A stretch of 64,000 bases of DNA, from contig JACRHV010000004.1 of assembly GCA_016211945.1 (NCBI GenBank), positions 263,472 to 327,471 on the forward strand, read 5' to 3'. Below, piece by piece: positions 36,535 to 45,750 of this stretch; positions within the stretch are counted from its first letter, which is position 1, and every line of letters starts with the position of its first letter. This DNA comes from Minisyncoccota bacterium (GTDB lineage: Bacteria; Patescibacteriota; Microgenomatia; UBA1400; UBA12028). A program made the position numbers and the translations under genes. The notes under the pieces were generated by a model. That model was not told where the DNA came from. It ran no database searches and worked only from the letters and a program-made list of their open reading frames with translations.

Positions 36535-37406
36535 AAAATCTTTCTTTGTATGCGGCACTCATGTTTTCCGGGTTTTTGTTTTATCAGTTCCCCTCATATC
36601 TATTGAGTGTTACTCAAGCATTTGTTCTTTTTTCGATCCTGTCCTCGTGCGTTTACATCGTGAATGATGTTATTGATCTCCCACAGGATAAACTTCATCC
36701 ATTCAAAAAATACCGACCTATCGCTTCCGGAGCCTTGCCAATTCCCATTGCACTTTTCGCGGCTGTTGTTGGATTTCTTACTGTCTTTTTCTTTTCATTG
36801 ACATTCTCGCCATTTTTTCTTCTCCTCGCTATGATGTATGCCGCTCTCCATATTCTGTACTCGGTGAAATTGAAGCATGTACCTATCCTTGACGTTATTG
36901 CCATCGCTACGGGATTTGTGATCCGTGTGTATGCGGGAGCAGTTGTCGTAAATCTTCACATGAGTGTGTGGTTTTTGCTTACCGTTATTTCAGCCTCACT
37001 TTTCCTTGCAGTTGGAAAGCGACAAAGCGAACGAACACTCATGCAGGGAAAGGTTGAAACGAGGAAAATTCTCGAACATTACTCACAACGTCTTCTTGAT
37101 ATTTACACTGGTATGTTTGCGAATACGACATGGCTGACCTATGCACTGTACGCCTTCCAGCAAGACGACTTTATCCCACAGGGAACGATGTTGAAACTTT
37201 TCACAGCTCTTCCTCGAACGTTTATAACACAAAAGTGGATGATGATTACTGTTCCTGTTGTTATTTACGGAGTTATGAGATATCTCCAACTCGTGTATGA
37301 AAAAAATAATGGTGAGTCACCGGATAAAGTGTTATTAGAAGATAAGCCGCTCCTTGCTTCTGTGATGTTATGGGGAGTGATGGTGATTGCGATTTTATAT
37401 CTGTAA
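36480..37406 (+). CDS. UbiA-family prenyl-phosphate phosphoribosyltransferase (decaprenyl-phosphate phosphoribosyltransferase-like)
   Basis: ARPRQWIKN...NDVIDLPQDKLHPFKKYRPIASGALP resembles DPPR synthase (mycobacterial UbiA, Rv3806c-like). Start placed at the internal ATG (MDHTLF...). Overlaps the upstream gene end. Confidence 0.6.
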   Translation: MDHTLFLILKTARPRQWIKNLSLYAALMFSGFLFYQFPSYLLSVTQAFVLFSILSSCVYIVNDVIDLPQDKLHPFKKYRPIASGALPIPIALFAAVVGFLTVFFFSLTFSPFFLLLAMMYAALHILYSVKLKHVPILDVIAIATGFVIRVYAGAVVVNLHMSVWFLLTVISASLFLAVGKRQSERTLMQGKVETRKILEHYSQRLLDIYTGMFANTTWLTYALYAFQQDDFIPQGTMLKLFTALPRTFITQKWMMITVPVVIYGVMRYLQLVYEKNNGESPDKVLLEDKPLLASVMLWGVMVIAILYL

Positions 37407-37481
37407 TATTGCGATATGGCGCCACGTTTTCACTTTGTGATATAGTGATGTGCAATATCTTTTCCTTGCCCAAAGAGGAGG

Positions 37482-37739
37482 ATGTTGGTCACAGTCGGAG
37501 AGTGTGTGCGTGGAGTTGTTGTAAAAACGAACAAAACTGATGGGTACTTTGTCGTCTTAACAGCAGATTCTGCAATACTTCAAGTCTTATGTCTCCATCC
37601 CTTGTACTATCCAGGTGGCATATCTTTTTCATATGTCGACTCAAAACCTCAAGAACTTGCCATTTGTGATGTTGAATCTGTCTTTGGACTTCTCGAAAAA
37701 ATAGCCCCAGCGTTAGTCAAAAGCCTGTCTCATCCCTAA
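37482..37739 (+). CDS. hypothetical protein (85 aa, TTG start)
   Basis: GAGGAGGATG precedes the TTG. No family recognised. Confidence 0.25.
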   Translation: MLVTVGECVRGVVVKTNKTDGYFVVLTADSAILQVLCLHPLYYPGGISFSYVDSKPQELAICDVESVFGLLEKIAPALVKSLSHP

Positions 37740-37746
37740 ACGATTT

Positions 37747-38685
37747 TCACTCTTTGTGCACTACTGCATATTGTCCAGAAACCCATCCTTGTTTCCCTGT
37801 TTGATACTCGATTTTTAGCCATCCATTTGTCGCTTGATTAAGGTATGGAACGAGGGAGCCGACATCAAGCTTTGCAAGCTCCTCTGATGTACCATTGGCA
37901 TCCGCCCGAACACGCAACCACCCTGTACCCGTTTCCTTTACCTCAACATAGGGGAGTGGGGGTTTTGTTGTTGTCTTTATTGAACTTGAGCCACTTGCAG
38001 TAGGTGGGGCTATGGGTTTTTGCGTTGGCTTCACCGATGCTTTAGGACTCGGTGAGGGAGTAAGCGCGGGAGTAGGTTCTGGGGTTGCTTCTTCAACACC
38101 TTGTTTCATTACCTCACGCGCAAGTTTTGTAGTTACGGTAAGCCGGTATCCTTTTACTAGTTTTGGATTTGTTGTTCGCTCAATAAACCCAGGAGCAGTC
38201 ATGGTAAGACTGTGTGATCCTTCTACAAGATCATCAAGAACGAGCGGACTAAATCCTTTTGACTGTCCATCAACCTTGACAATGATGTTGTCCGGATTCG
38301 TGACGATGGAAAGTTCACTCTTGTTTCGATTTGACCCTTTTGACAGCTCAAAAATCTCTCCTCCACTTTCCTCAAGTGTTTTTCCAAATGTCCAGTTCAC
38401 AACAGAAATATTTCCTCCTGTTAAGGATACTGTTGTTTCGTATGATGCCTTTGAGGTGTCTTCGGGCACAAGTTTGATCGTTCTCGATCCGGGCTTGAGA
38501 TCCTCTGACTTCAACGGTGTTTGACCCACACTAATGCCATCAACAAAAACGCTTGCTTTTTCTCCAGTCGAGGTGCTAACCTGCAAACCAGCTTTTTTAG
38601 TGGCAAATCCCGGAAAGGTACATCCGGAGAGTAAAACTGCGGCTAACACAAGAACAATGACTTTTTTCATCATGCGACTCATCAT
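37747..38685 (-). CDS. lipoprotein with PEGA-like repeats and a C-terminal SH3b-like domain
   Basis: Lipobox LLSGC; repeated V.VDG..G.TPL segments; P/T/S linker; C-terminal GWLRVRADANGTSEELAKLDVGSLV...GWVSGQYAV. Confidence 0.5.
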   Translation of the reverse strand: MMSRMMKKVIVLVLAAVLLSGCTFPGFATKKAGLQVSTSTGEKASVFVDGISVGQTPLKSEDLKPGSRTIKLVPEDTSKASYETTVSLTGGNISVVNWTFGKTLEESGGEIFELSKGSNRNKSELSIVTNPDNIIVKVDGQSKGFSPLVLDDLVEGSHSLTMTAPGFIERTTNPKLVKGYRLTVTTKLAREVMKQGVEEATPEPTPALTPSPSPKASVKPTQKPIAPPTASGSSSIKTTTKPPLPYVEVKETGTGWLRVRADANGTSEELAKLDVGSLVPYLNQATNGWLKIEYQTGKQGWVSGQYAVVHKE

Positions 38686-38753
38686 ACTATTCGATCACTC
38701 GATTGACAACGCTTCGTTTTTCCCCAAGAACTTGGTACAATAGCCTCGCCTGT

Positions 38754-38828
38754 AAGGCATCGTGGCGCCGTACCAGAGCGGTCTAATGGCGAGGTCTGCA
38801 AAACCTTCGATCCGCCGGTTCAAATCCG
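38754..38828 (+). tRNA. tRNA-Cys (anticodon GCA)
   Basis: 75-nt cloverleaf. Acceptor GGCGCCG/CGGCGCC, anticodon stem GAGGU/ACCUU with loop CUGCAAA, T-arm GCCGG-UUCAAAU-CCGGC, discriminator U73 as expected for tRNA-Cys. Confidence 0.8.
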
Positions 38829-38840
38829 GCCGGCGCCTCA

Positions 38841-40169
38841 ATGAAAAGAGATCATAACACTTCCGAAACTCTGAAAATTGAGTCTGGAGGCCCCTTAAAA
38901 CGAATTTTGCGAAGAGATTTTTTAGCAACTCCCTTTTCATTTCTTCGCGCCACCTCAGCAGAAAAAATGTTAAGCGAGAAAAAAGATCTTGCCTTCATCA
39001 CTGCACTAGAGCTTTACAAAATTCCAAAAAGGCAATTTCTTGCGCTTGCCACTTTAATTTCGGGCGTATTAGGTATGGGTGCTGTGGGAGTTGATCAATT
39101 GGTGTTTGATGGTGCTTTCCAAGACCTTATGCTACAGGCACTTGCTAAACCCGAGTTAAGAGAAAAATTACTAGAAATTGTCGTTGAAGGAAAAGCTCCA
39201 CAAAAATTGCGCGAGGAATTCTATGAAAAAATGACTCCTTATATCCCTGATTATAAGTTGGGAGGGAAAGAAAATCTTGATGAACCAAATTTGGATAAAG
39301 GTTTCTCTTCTTACGAAATTAGGCATGTCGTAAGTGCTGGTAAGGAAAATCCTCAACTCTTACTCATCGCCACGTTAAAGAAAAACGGAGCTGTTGTTGT
39401 AACAGAAAAAACAGAGGATGATCGCTTAAATCTTACAGAAACTCAAAATAAATTTGGGCCATTCTTCGCCATTCCAAGTTCACAACTTTCAAAAAAAGAG
39501 GGTGTAATAGAAATTTCCACATACTCATCCTACATGACAGAGTCCGGAAAATTAATAACATATGGTATGGAGAACAAAAAAATAAGTAGTGGTGCATTAG
39601 TCTTACTTAATGATGGAGAGATTCTTGTTATAGATAAAAGTGAGATTGATCAATATGTCACTGGGAAAAATTGTAAAGCAATTCAAACATTTGTTCTAGC
39701 TATTCAAAGCACAACACTTAGTCATGATATGGCAAGTATTGATTCCGCAATGTTTAGAAGAACCAGTGTGAGTGGCATAGCGGCTGTCCCGTATGAATGT
39801 TTTGTCGCGACATTTTACAAATCAGGTGGAATAAAAGAAACAAAAATAATTTCTGTCTATGAACCACTCATCTCCTCCCCTTCTTCAAACTCGTCTTCGA
39901 CCAATCGTCTGTGGTATGTAGGAATATCGATTGAACAATGTGTGAGTGTATGCAAACAACTTCAAGATGAAGGAGGATTTGATCGATTTACATTTATCGT
40001 CCCAGATCCACATTATATCCACTCAAAGTTAATAGGTCCTTTCGAAGATTCTGAGAAAAAATCACTTCGTGTTTTTGGAAAGGATATGCCAGGTACATAT
40101 ATTGAAAAAGAAAATCGTGGACTTAAGTATTATCCACCAGTATTTTTAGCATTGAAATTGAAGCCTTGA
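38841..40169 (+). CDS. hypothetical protein (up to 442 aa); AT-rich
   Basis: Track ORF begins 10 nt after tRNA-Cys; the start may be the Met at about 38967. No recognisable domain. Visibly lower GC than its neighbours. Confidence 0.35.
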   Translation: MKRDHNTSETLKIESGGPLKRILRRDFLATPFSFLRATSAEKMLSEKKDLAFITALELYKIPKRQFLALATLISGVLGMGAVGVDQLVFDGAFQDLMLQALAKPELREKLLEIVVEGKAPQKLREEFYEKMTPYIPDYKLGGKENLDEPNLDKGFSSYEIRHVVSAGKENPQLLLIATLKKNGAVVVTEKTEDDRLNLTETQNKFGPFFAIPSSQLSKKEGVIEISTYSSYMTESGKLITYGMENKKISSGALVLLNDGEILVIDKSEIDQYVTGKNCKAIQTFVLAIQSTTLSHDMASIDSAMFRRTSVSGIAAVPYECFVATFYKSGGIKETKIISVYEPLISSPSSNSSSTNRLWYVGISIEQCVSVCKQLQDEGGFDRFTFIVPDPHYIHSKLIGPFEDSEKKSLRVFGKDMPGTYIEKENRGLKYYPPVFLALKLKP

Positions 40170-40170
40170 C

Positions 40171-41202
40171 CTACTTTATCGCTTGCTCCACCAACCTATT
40201 ACAATATCCCCACTCATTGTCATACCAAGCGACTACCTTGACCATGTCGCCATCAACAACCTGCGTAAGTGCTAGATCAACAATAGACGATTCGCTCCGT
40301 CCAATAATGTCAGAAGAAACAATAGGATCATGGGTAATCGCTAAAATCCCCTTCCATTTTGCCTGCTGTGATGCCTGCTCCAAAATCTGTTTTACCTCCT
40401 CAACCGAGGTCTTCTTCTCCACAATAAACACTATCTCAGCAATTGAGCCTGTAGATGTTGGAACACGATATGAAATCCCGTCAAACAACCCTTTCAATTC
40501 TGGGATTGTTTCTGCCACAGATTGAGCTGCGCCGGTCGTGGTGGGAACAATATTTTTTGCAGCACTTCGGGCACGGCGAAGATCTTTATGCGAGTTGTCC
40601 TGCAAATTCTGATCATCGGTATAACTGTGAATCGTGCACATCATCGCTTTTTTGACGTGGAGTGCGCCGTGGATAACCGCAGTTACGGGTGCTACACAGT
40701 TCGTTGTGCATGAAGCATTCGACTCAACACCCGCGCCAACCGCCTCATTGACCCCAACCACAAACGTTCCAATCCCATCGCCTTTCGGTGGGGCAGAGAT
40801 GACTACGCGTTTTGCACCCGCAGTCAAATGAGCGGATGTCTTTTCCTTCGTGGTAAACACGCCGGTGGACTCAATGACGGTATCAATTCCTAATCGCAAC
40901 CATGGCAATTTGGACGGATCCTTCTGTGCAAAAACCGCGATTCTTTTACTCCCAATCAAGAGATATCCCAACAAAGGGTCTTGATCAGAAATTTGGTCTT
41001 TTCTCTGATACATTTCAACGGCAATATTGGTCGTCCACACTCCATAGTTGCTGTCGTACTTGAGGAGATATGCCCATCCATCTAGGTCCATTGATCCGGA
41101 AGTATTCACCGCCAAAAGATCGGCTTTGTCTTGATGTTTATCAAACCACACGCGGAAGGAGGTTCGGCCAATTCGACCAAAACCATTAATGGCAAGCTTC
41201 AT
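40171..41202 (-). CDS. gap: glyceraldehyde-3-phosphate dehydrogenase
   Basis: NGFGRIGR NAD-binding motif; SCTTNC active site; WYDNEWGY C-terminus. Confidence 0.9.
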   Translation of the reverse strand: MKLAINGFGRIGRTSFRVWFDKHQDKADLLAVNTSGSMDLDGWAYLLKYDSNYGVWTTNIAVEMYQRKDQISDQDPLLGYLLIGSKRIAVFAQKDPSKLPWLRLGIDTVIESTGVFTTKEKTSAHLTAGAKRVVISAPPKGDGIGTFVVGVNEAVGAGVESNASCTTNCVAPVTAVIHGALHVKKAMMCTIHSYTDDQNLQDNSHKDLRRARSAAKNIVPTTTGAAQSVAETIPELKGLFDGISYRVPTSTGSIAEIVFIVEKKTSVEEVKQILEQASQQAKWKGILAITHDPIVSSDIIGRSESSIVDLALTQVVDGDMVKVVAWYDNEWGYCNRLVEQAIK

Positions 41203-41353
41203 AGAAAACAGTATAGCGCAAAAAATTAGAGAATGAACACACTATGGAACAAGTACGCCATTATCTCGCAATTCTTTGGCAAGGTCTGCCTCAATGATTG
41301 AGTCATCTTTGTAAATAAGTGCAACATTCAATTTTTATTGCTTTAATTCCTGT

Positions 41354-41734
41354 CTAAACAGCTGCCGAAAGTAAGCCTAAACCAGCAAGCTCTTGCAATA
41401 TAGATCGCTGAATTGTACGCATATCTTTTTTAACTAGTTGTAAAGCATACTCAGATACTTCTGCTTTAAATGATGGATCTGTACTGCCCGATACAACTGT
41501 TAAAAATATTCTTGGTACTGATTCCTTTGCTTTATTTGCGAGTGTTCTCAGCTCCTCCTGTGCAATATCAATAAAAACAGCGTATATTGCTGACCCCATA
41601 GACACCTCTGCCTCTTGAAGAGAGGCTGCTTCAACAACATCCAAACCTTGAGATTTACAAATTCCTGCAACAATTGATCTCCATTGTGGATCAGCATCCG
41701 CCACAAGTATTTTCCGTCCTTCTCCGTTAGTCAT
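41354..41734 (-). CDS. stand-alone receiver-domain (CheY-like) response regulator
   Basis: KILVADADPQ..., AVFIDIAQ (phospho-acceptor Asp), TVVSGS, LVKK. Start ATG at 41732-41734 preceded by GGAAAGGAGAAGT. Overlaps the pgk stop by 8 nt. Confidence 0.6.
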   Translation of the reverse strand: MTNGEGRKILVADADPQWRSIVAGICKSQGLDVVEAASLQEAEVSMGSAIYAVFIDIAQEELRTLANKAKESVPRIFLTVVSGSTDPSFKAEVSEYALQLVKKDMRTIQRSILQELAGLGLLSAAV

Positions 41735-42725
41735 ACTTCTCCTTTCCTTGTACCGCCTCAATTCCCGGTAACGTTCCATATGCAACATAATCCAACATCG
41801 CTCCACCACCAGATGAAATAAATGATATTCCTTTTCGCACTTTCAATATTGAAAGTGCCGCTTCCGTGTCGCCACCACCAACCACCGTGTATCCCTTTGT
41901 TCCAGCAAGTAAATTTCCTATTGCACGCGTTCCGGATCGGGAAGCTGCATCCTCGAACTTACCCATAGGACCGTTCCACATAATGGTCTGACCCATTGAG
42001 ATAAATCGGGCGAATTGTTCTACAGTTAACTTAGAAATATCTTTTCCGTCCTTCGTTAACACTCCGACAATCAATTTTCTATTCTCAATGGGATGCTTTA
42101 TTAACTCAACAGCCAACTTTCCACCAACTAAGATGACATCGGCCTTATCCTGCAGTGCCTTAATAATCGGCAATTTTGTTTCGATTTTTGCACCACCAAG
42201 TATCGCAATAAATGGGCGTTTTTGATTCGTAATTAATGGTGCCAACCCTTTCAGTTCCTTCTCGAACTGCAGACCAAAATACGTGGGAAGAATCTGCGGA
42301 ATAAAGGTAATTGAGGTGTGTTTCCTATGTGAAGAGGCGAATGCGTCGTTCACATACATGTCGTGCCCTTTCGCTAATTCCTTTGCGTAGGGAAGTGAGC
42401 CGGACTCTTCTCGTTTATCATATCGAAGATTTTCTAACACACGGAACTCAATTGTTTTTGGAATCTTCACTGTTTTCAGTAATAACTTTTCAACTGGCTT
42501 TAAAGATAGCTTGGAAACTTTTTTTCCTTCTGGGCGCCCACGGTGACCGATCACGGTAATCTTTTTCGCGTCATGATCAATGAGGTACTGAAGTGTTTGT
42601 GCGCCATCGGAAAGGCGTGTTGTATCAAACTTTCCTTTTTCCAACGGGAGATCGAGGTCTAAGCGGACCAAGACGGACTTTCCACGAATATCCACACTAT
42701 GAAGAAAATGGCCCATGGCGGGCAT
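41727..42725 (-). CDS. pgk: phosphoglycerate kinase
   Basis: N-terminal KSVLVRLDLDLPL, hinge and C-terminal GGGDTEAAL region. Short (332 aa) but full-fold. Confidence 0.85.
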   Translation of the reverse strand: MPAMGHFLHSVDIRGKSVLVRLDLDLPLEKGKFDTTRLSDGAQTLQYLIDHDAKKITVIGHRGRPEGKKVSKLSLKPVEKLLLKTVKIPKTIEFRVLENLRYDKREESGSLPYAKELAKGHDMYVNDAFASSHRKHTSITFIPQILPTYFGLQFEKELKGLAPLITNQKRPFIAILGGAKIETKLPIIKALQDKADVILVGGKLAVELIKHPIENRKLIVGVLTKDGKDISKLTVEQFARFISMGQTIMWNGPMGKFEDAASRSGTRAIGNLLAGTKGYTVVGGGDTEAALSILKVRKGISFISSGGGAMLDYVAYGTLPGIEAVQGKEKYD

Positions 42726-42729
42726 TATA

Positions 42730-43767
42730 TCATGTCTTGAGGAATTTTGCCCTGAATCTCAAGAGTTTCCACCGCAATTCCTCGAGGAAACGGTAAATCT
42801 TGTAGTATTGTGGCATAACGAGAAGGTCGTAGGTTCCCATAAACTCGGTTAAAACCCCTCCGTAGCCCTCCTTAAACTTGTGAAAACCGTACCATGGATT
42901 GGTTGGATCAGCATCTGGGCCCAAAGATCCCCACATGTCAAAACTCGTACACCCTTGCTGTTTCCCAAACTGGATGACCTTCCACATCATCATGTTGCTC
43001 GCCATAACCTCACGATTTTCGTTTGAACTTGCGCCGTAGGGATAATAGAGGACATTGTTATGCACAAATACAATCCATGCCACTAACGTTTTCCCCTCAA
43101 GAACTGCGCGAAAAATATGTATCATGCCCGTAGGTTTGAGTGTTTGCCACATGGTGCGAAAATATTCGGGTCCATGTGCGTAAAATTGCTGGCGATTGGT
43201 GGTTTCATGAAGGATGCGAAGATACTCTTCTATTGCCTCATCTGAGTCGTCTTGGACCACCTGCACTCCCCGGCGTTCCGCCAAATGAAGGTTGTATCGT
43301 GTTTTCGGTTTCATATGTTCGAGCAATACTTCTTCTGTGGGCTTCAGATCGAGAACAAAGGTATACTTGGTAAATAAGGGGCGACCAGGAACCGCTCCAT
43401 TCTGTTGAAGAAAGTTTTGGAGTGTTTCATGTGCTTGCGGCTTATCTACGGCCGAGGCGACATTTGGCTCAAGTTTAATAAATAGCGCATTTTTGCGTCG
43501 CCCAAGATCAAATAACGCGTGAAGTTGTTCCTCATCCGGCATCTGTCCTTTTGGAAAATATCCAACAGTGTACGGCGTATGCGGAATAGGATGAAAGGTA
43601 ACCTGCATTCCACCAACCATCATTTGGCCATCAAAAAGGCCAAATCGCTCAACCTCAACACCAGTTTTTCTGCGAAAATCGCCCCATTCCCACGTTTGAA
43701 GTGGATGTTTTACTACGTTGTTATACGCAGTTTTTTCCTTGATATCTAATGGGCGGATGATGATCAT
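42730..43767 (-). CDS. FemAB-family aminoacyl-tRNA-dependent peptidyltransferase-like protein
   Basis: 345 aa. N-terminal HPLQTWEWGDFRRKTG and a FemAB-like twin GNAT-fold pattern. Confidence 0.55.
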   Translation of the reverse strand: MIIIRPLDIKEKTAYNNVVKHPLQTWEWGDFRRKTGVEVERFGLFDGQMMVGGMQVTFHPIPHTPYTVGYFPKGQMPDEEQLHALFDLGRRKNALFIKLEPNVASAVDKPQAHETLQNFLQQNGAVPGRPLFTKYTFVLDLKPTEEVLLEHMKPKTRYNLHLAERRGVQVVQDDSDEAIEEYLRILHETTNRQQFYAHGPEYFRTMWQTLKPTGMIHIFRAVLEGKTLVAWIVFVHNNVLYYPYGASSNENREVMASNMMMWKVIQFGKQQGCTSFDMWGSLGPDADPTNPWYGFHKFKEGYGGVLTEFMGTYDLLVMPQYYKIYRFLEELRWKLLRFRAKFLKT

Positions 43768-43821
43768 GCGGACATGATAACACGCCTAATTAGACTTGTC
43801 GCGGAATAAGAAATGAGTCTA

Positions 43822-45726
43822 CTAGCCGAGCAACGCGTCGACATCAATCTCACCAGTGAGGAACTGTTCGAATGCCTCGTCATTGGGGATAAAGGTTCGG
43901 CCTTTTGGTGTTGGGGTAGGATGTGAAAGAAACGCGCCGCCACGCTTGTCTAACACATGTGATGGAATCTCTGCAATAAATCTGCTCACAATGGATCCCG
44001 TAATGTTTCCATAGAGTAATCGTTTCCGCGTGTAGGTCAGAAATAATTTCTCTTTTGCCCGCGTAATCCCAACGTAACAGAGCCGCCGCTCCTCCTCGAG
44101 TTGATGTTTGTCTAAAAGCGAACGACTGTGGGGGAATAGGCCTTCCTCCATTCCAATCATGAACACAACACCAAACTCTAGTCCTTTTGCCGCATGCATA
44201 CTCATGAGCGTCACCGCGGATTGGTTTGGGTTTTTCGCATTCGCTTTTTCCGAGGCCGCATCGTTTTCTACCAATGCCACCTGTTCCAAAAATTCTGTGA
44301 GTGTAGAAAACTCACTGGCAACAGACCGTAGCTCTTGAATGTTCTCTAAGCGCGACTGATCTTCCTCGATTTTTTCATCATAGAGATCTTTGTACTGCGA
44401 AACCTCGATTACTTTATCTAAAATGTCGAGCGGTGCCGTGGGAAGATGTTTTTCTGTGTTGAGCCAACGGATATACGCATCGAACTTTCTCTTTCCTAAT
44501 TTTTCTAGCCGTCCCACCGCAATTTCGTCTTTGTGATTTGAAAACACGCGGAGATAGGCGAGGACATCCTTAATTTCTTTGCGTGCATAAAAGCGAACAC
44601 CACCAACCAATCGATATGGAATCCCACTACGAATGCAAATGTCTTCAATCACACGGCTTTGCGCGTTTGTTCTGTACAACACCGCAATTTCGGAAAGATT
44701 GTGTGTGCGCATCGCCTCCTGGATATTCTGCGCCACAAACAGCGTTTCTTCTTGATCGCTTTCCGCCTCAAACAGCACGATTTTTTCTTCTGACTGCCGC
44801 TCTGTCCACAACGTAAGAACAGGGTGAGTGGTGTTGTTTAAGATCACCCCCGTTGCGGCATCCAAAATATTCTGAGAGGATCGATAGTTTCTTTCCAGTT
44901 TGTATTCTGCAATTGCGGGGAAATCTTTTTTCAAGAGGAGCATATTGCGATAATCCGCACCGCGAAATGCATAGATGCTCTGGCTAAAGTCCCCAACAAC
45001 CATGAGATGATTTTCTGGTTCTGCAAGCATCTTGCTTAAGAGATACTGCGCCTTGTTGACATCTTGATACTCGTCCACTAATACGTGATCGAACTGATTT
45101 TGATATTTCTCCAACACCTTACGGTATTTTTGGAACAACTCCACTGTTTTGTTGAGCAGATTGTCAAAGTCCACTGCGTGTTGCTCGGTCAATTTCTTCT
45201 CATAGATTTGGTAAACCTTTGCGGTCAATTCCTGATATTTTCCTCGAGCAACATCCCAATACTCGCTTGGCGTAATCATCTCTGTTTTTGCATTTGAGAT
45301 CATGCTCAACACGATGCGAGGATTTGCTTCTTTTGGCGGAATTTTGAGTTGTTTTAAAATCGCTTTTATGAGATCAAGTTGATCATCACCATCAAAAATA
45401 AGAAAGTTTGACGGAATACCGATCCAATGTCCATCCGCCCTGAGAATCTTTGCGCAGAGTTTGTGAAAGGTTCCGGAAAATTGGAGTGTGTGACCAGTCA
45501 TTTTACGCACACGTTCCGTCATTTCATGTGCCGCTTTATTTGTAAAGGTTACCAGTAAAATTGCTGAGGGGGAGATGTGCTTCTCAGCCGTGAGGTATGC
45601 CACGCGTGTGGTAAGTACGCGCGTTTTGCCAGATCCAGCACCAGCCAATACCATGGCTGGACCATCGCCATGCAAAACAGCGGCTTTTTGCTCATCGTTG
45701 AGGCCGAGAAGGAGATCGGAGAACAT
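43822..45726 (-). CDS. pcrA: ATP-dependent DNA helicase, UvrD/PcrA family
   Basis: Walker A AGAGSGKTRVLT, DEYQD, helicase motifs through VI (VGITRAKEKLFLTY). Confidence 0.85.
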   Translation of the reverse strand: MFSDLLLGLNDEQKAAVLHGDGPAMVLAGAGSGKTRVLTTRVAYLTAEKHISPSAILLVTFTNKAAHEMTERVRKMTGHTLQFSGTFHKLCAKILRADGHWIGIPSNFLIFDGDDQLDLIKAILKQLKIPPKEANPRIVLSMISNAKTEMITPSEYWDVARGKYQELTAKVYQIYEKKLTEQHAVDFDNLLNKTVELFQKYRKVLEKYQNQFDHVLVDEYQDVNKAQYLLSKMLAEPENHLMVVGDFSQSIYAFRGADYRNMLLLKKDFPAIAEYKLERNYRSSQNILDAATGVILNNTTHPVLTLWTERQSEEKIVLFEAESDQEETLFVAQNIQEAMRTHNLSEIAVLYRTNAQSRVIEDICIRSGIPYRLVGGVRFYARKEIKDVLAYLRVFSNHKDEIAVGRLEKLGKRKFDAYIRWLNTEKHLPTAPLDILDKVIEVSQYKDLYDEKIEEDQSRLENIQELRSVASEFSTLTEFLEQVALVENDAASEKANAKNPNQSAVTLMSMHAAKGLEFGVVFMIGMEEGLFPHSRSLLDKHQLEEERRLCYVGITRAKEKLFLTYTRKRLLYGNITGSIVSRFIAEIPSHVLDKRGGAFLSHPTPTPKGRTFIPNDEAFEQFLTGEIDVDALLG

Positions 45727-45750
45727 CGCGCTTCATGCTATCATACTTTC

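Noticed and set aside
38012-38524. 170-aa + strand ORF
   Set aside because: Antisense to the PEGA/SH3b lipoprotein gene. G/S/V-rich artefact of the P/T-rich linker on the other strand.
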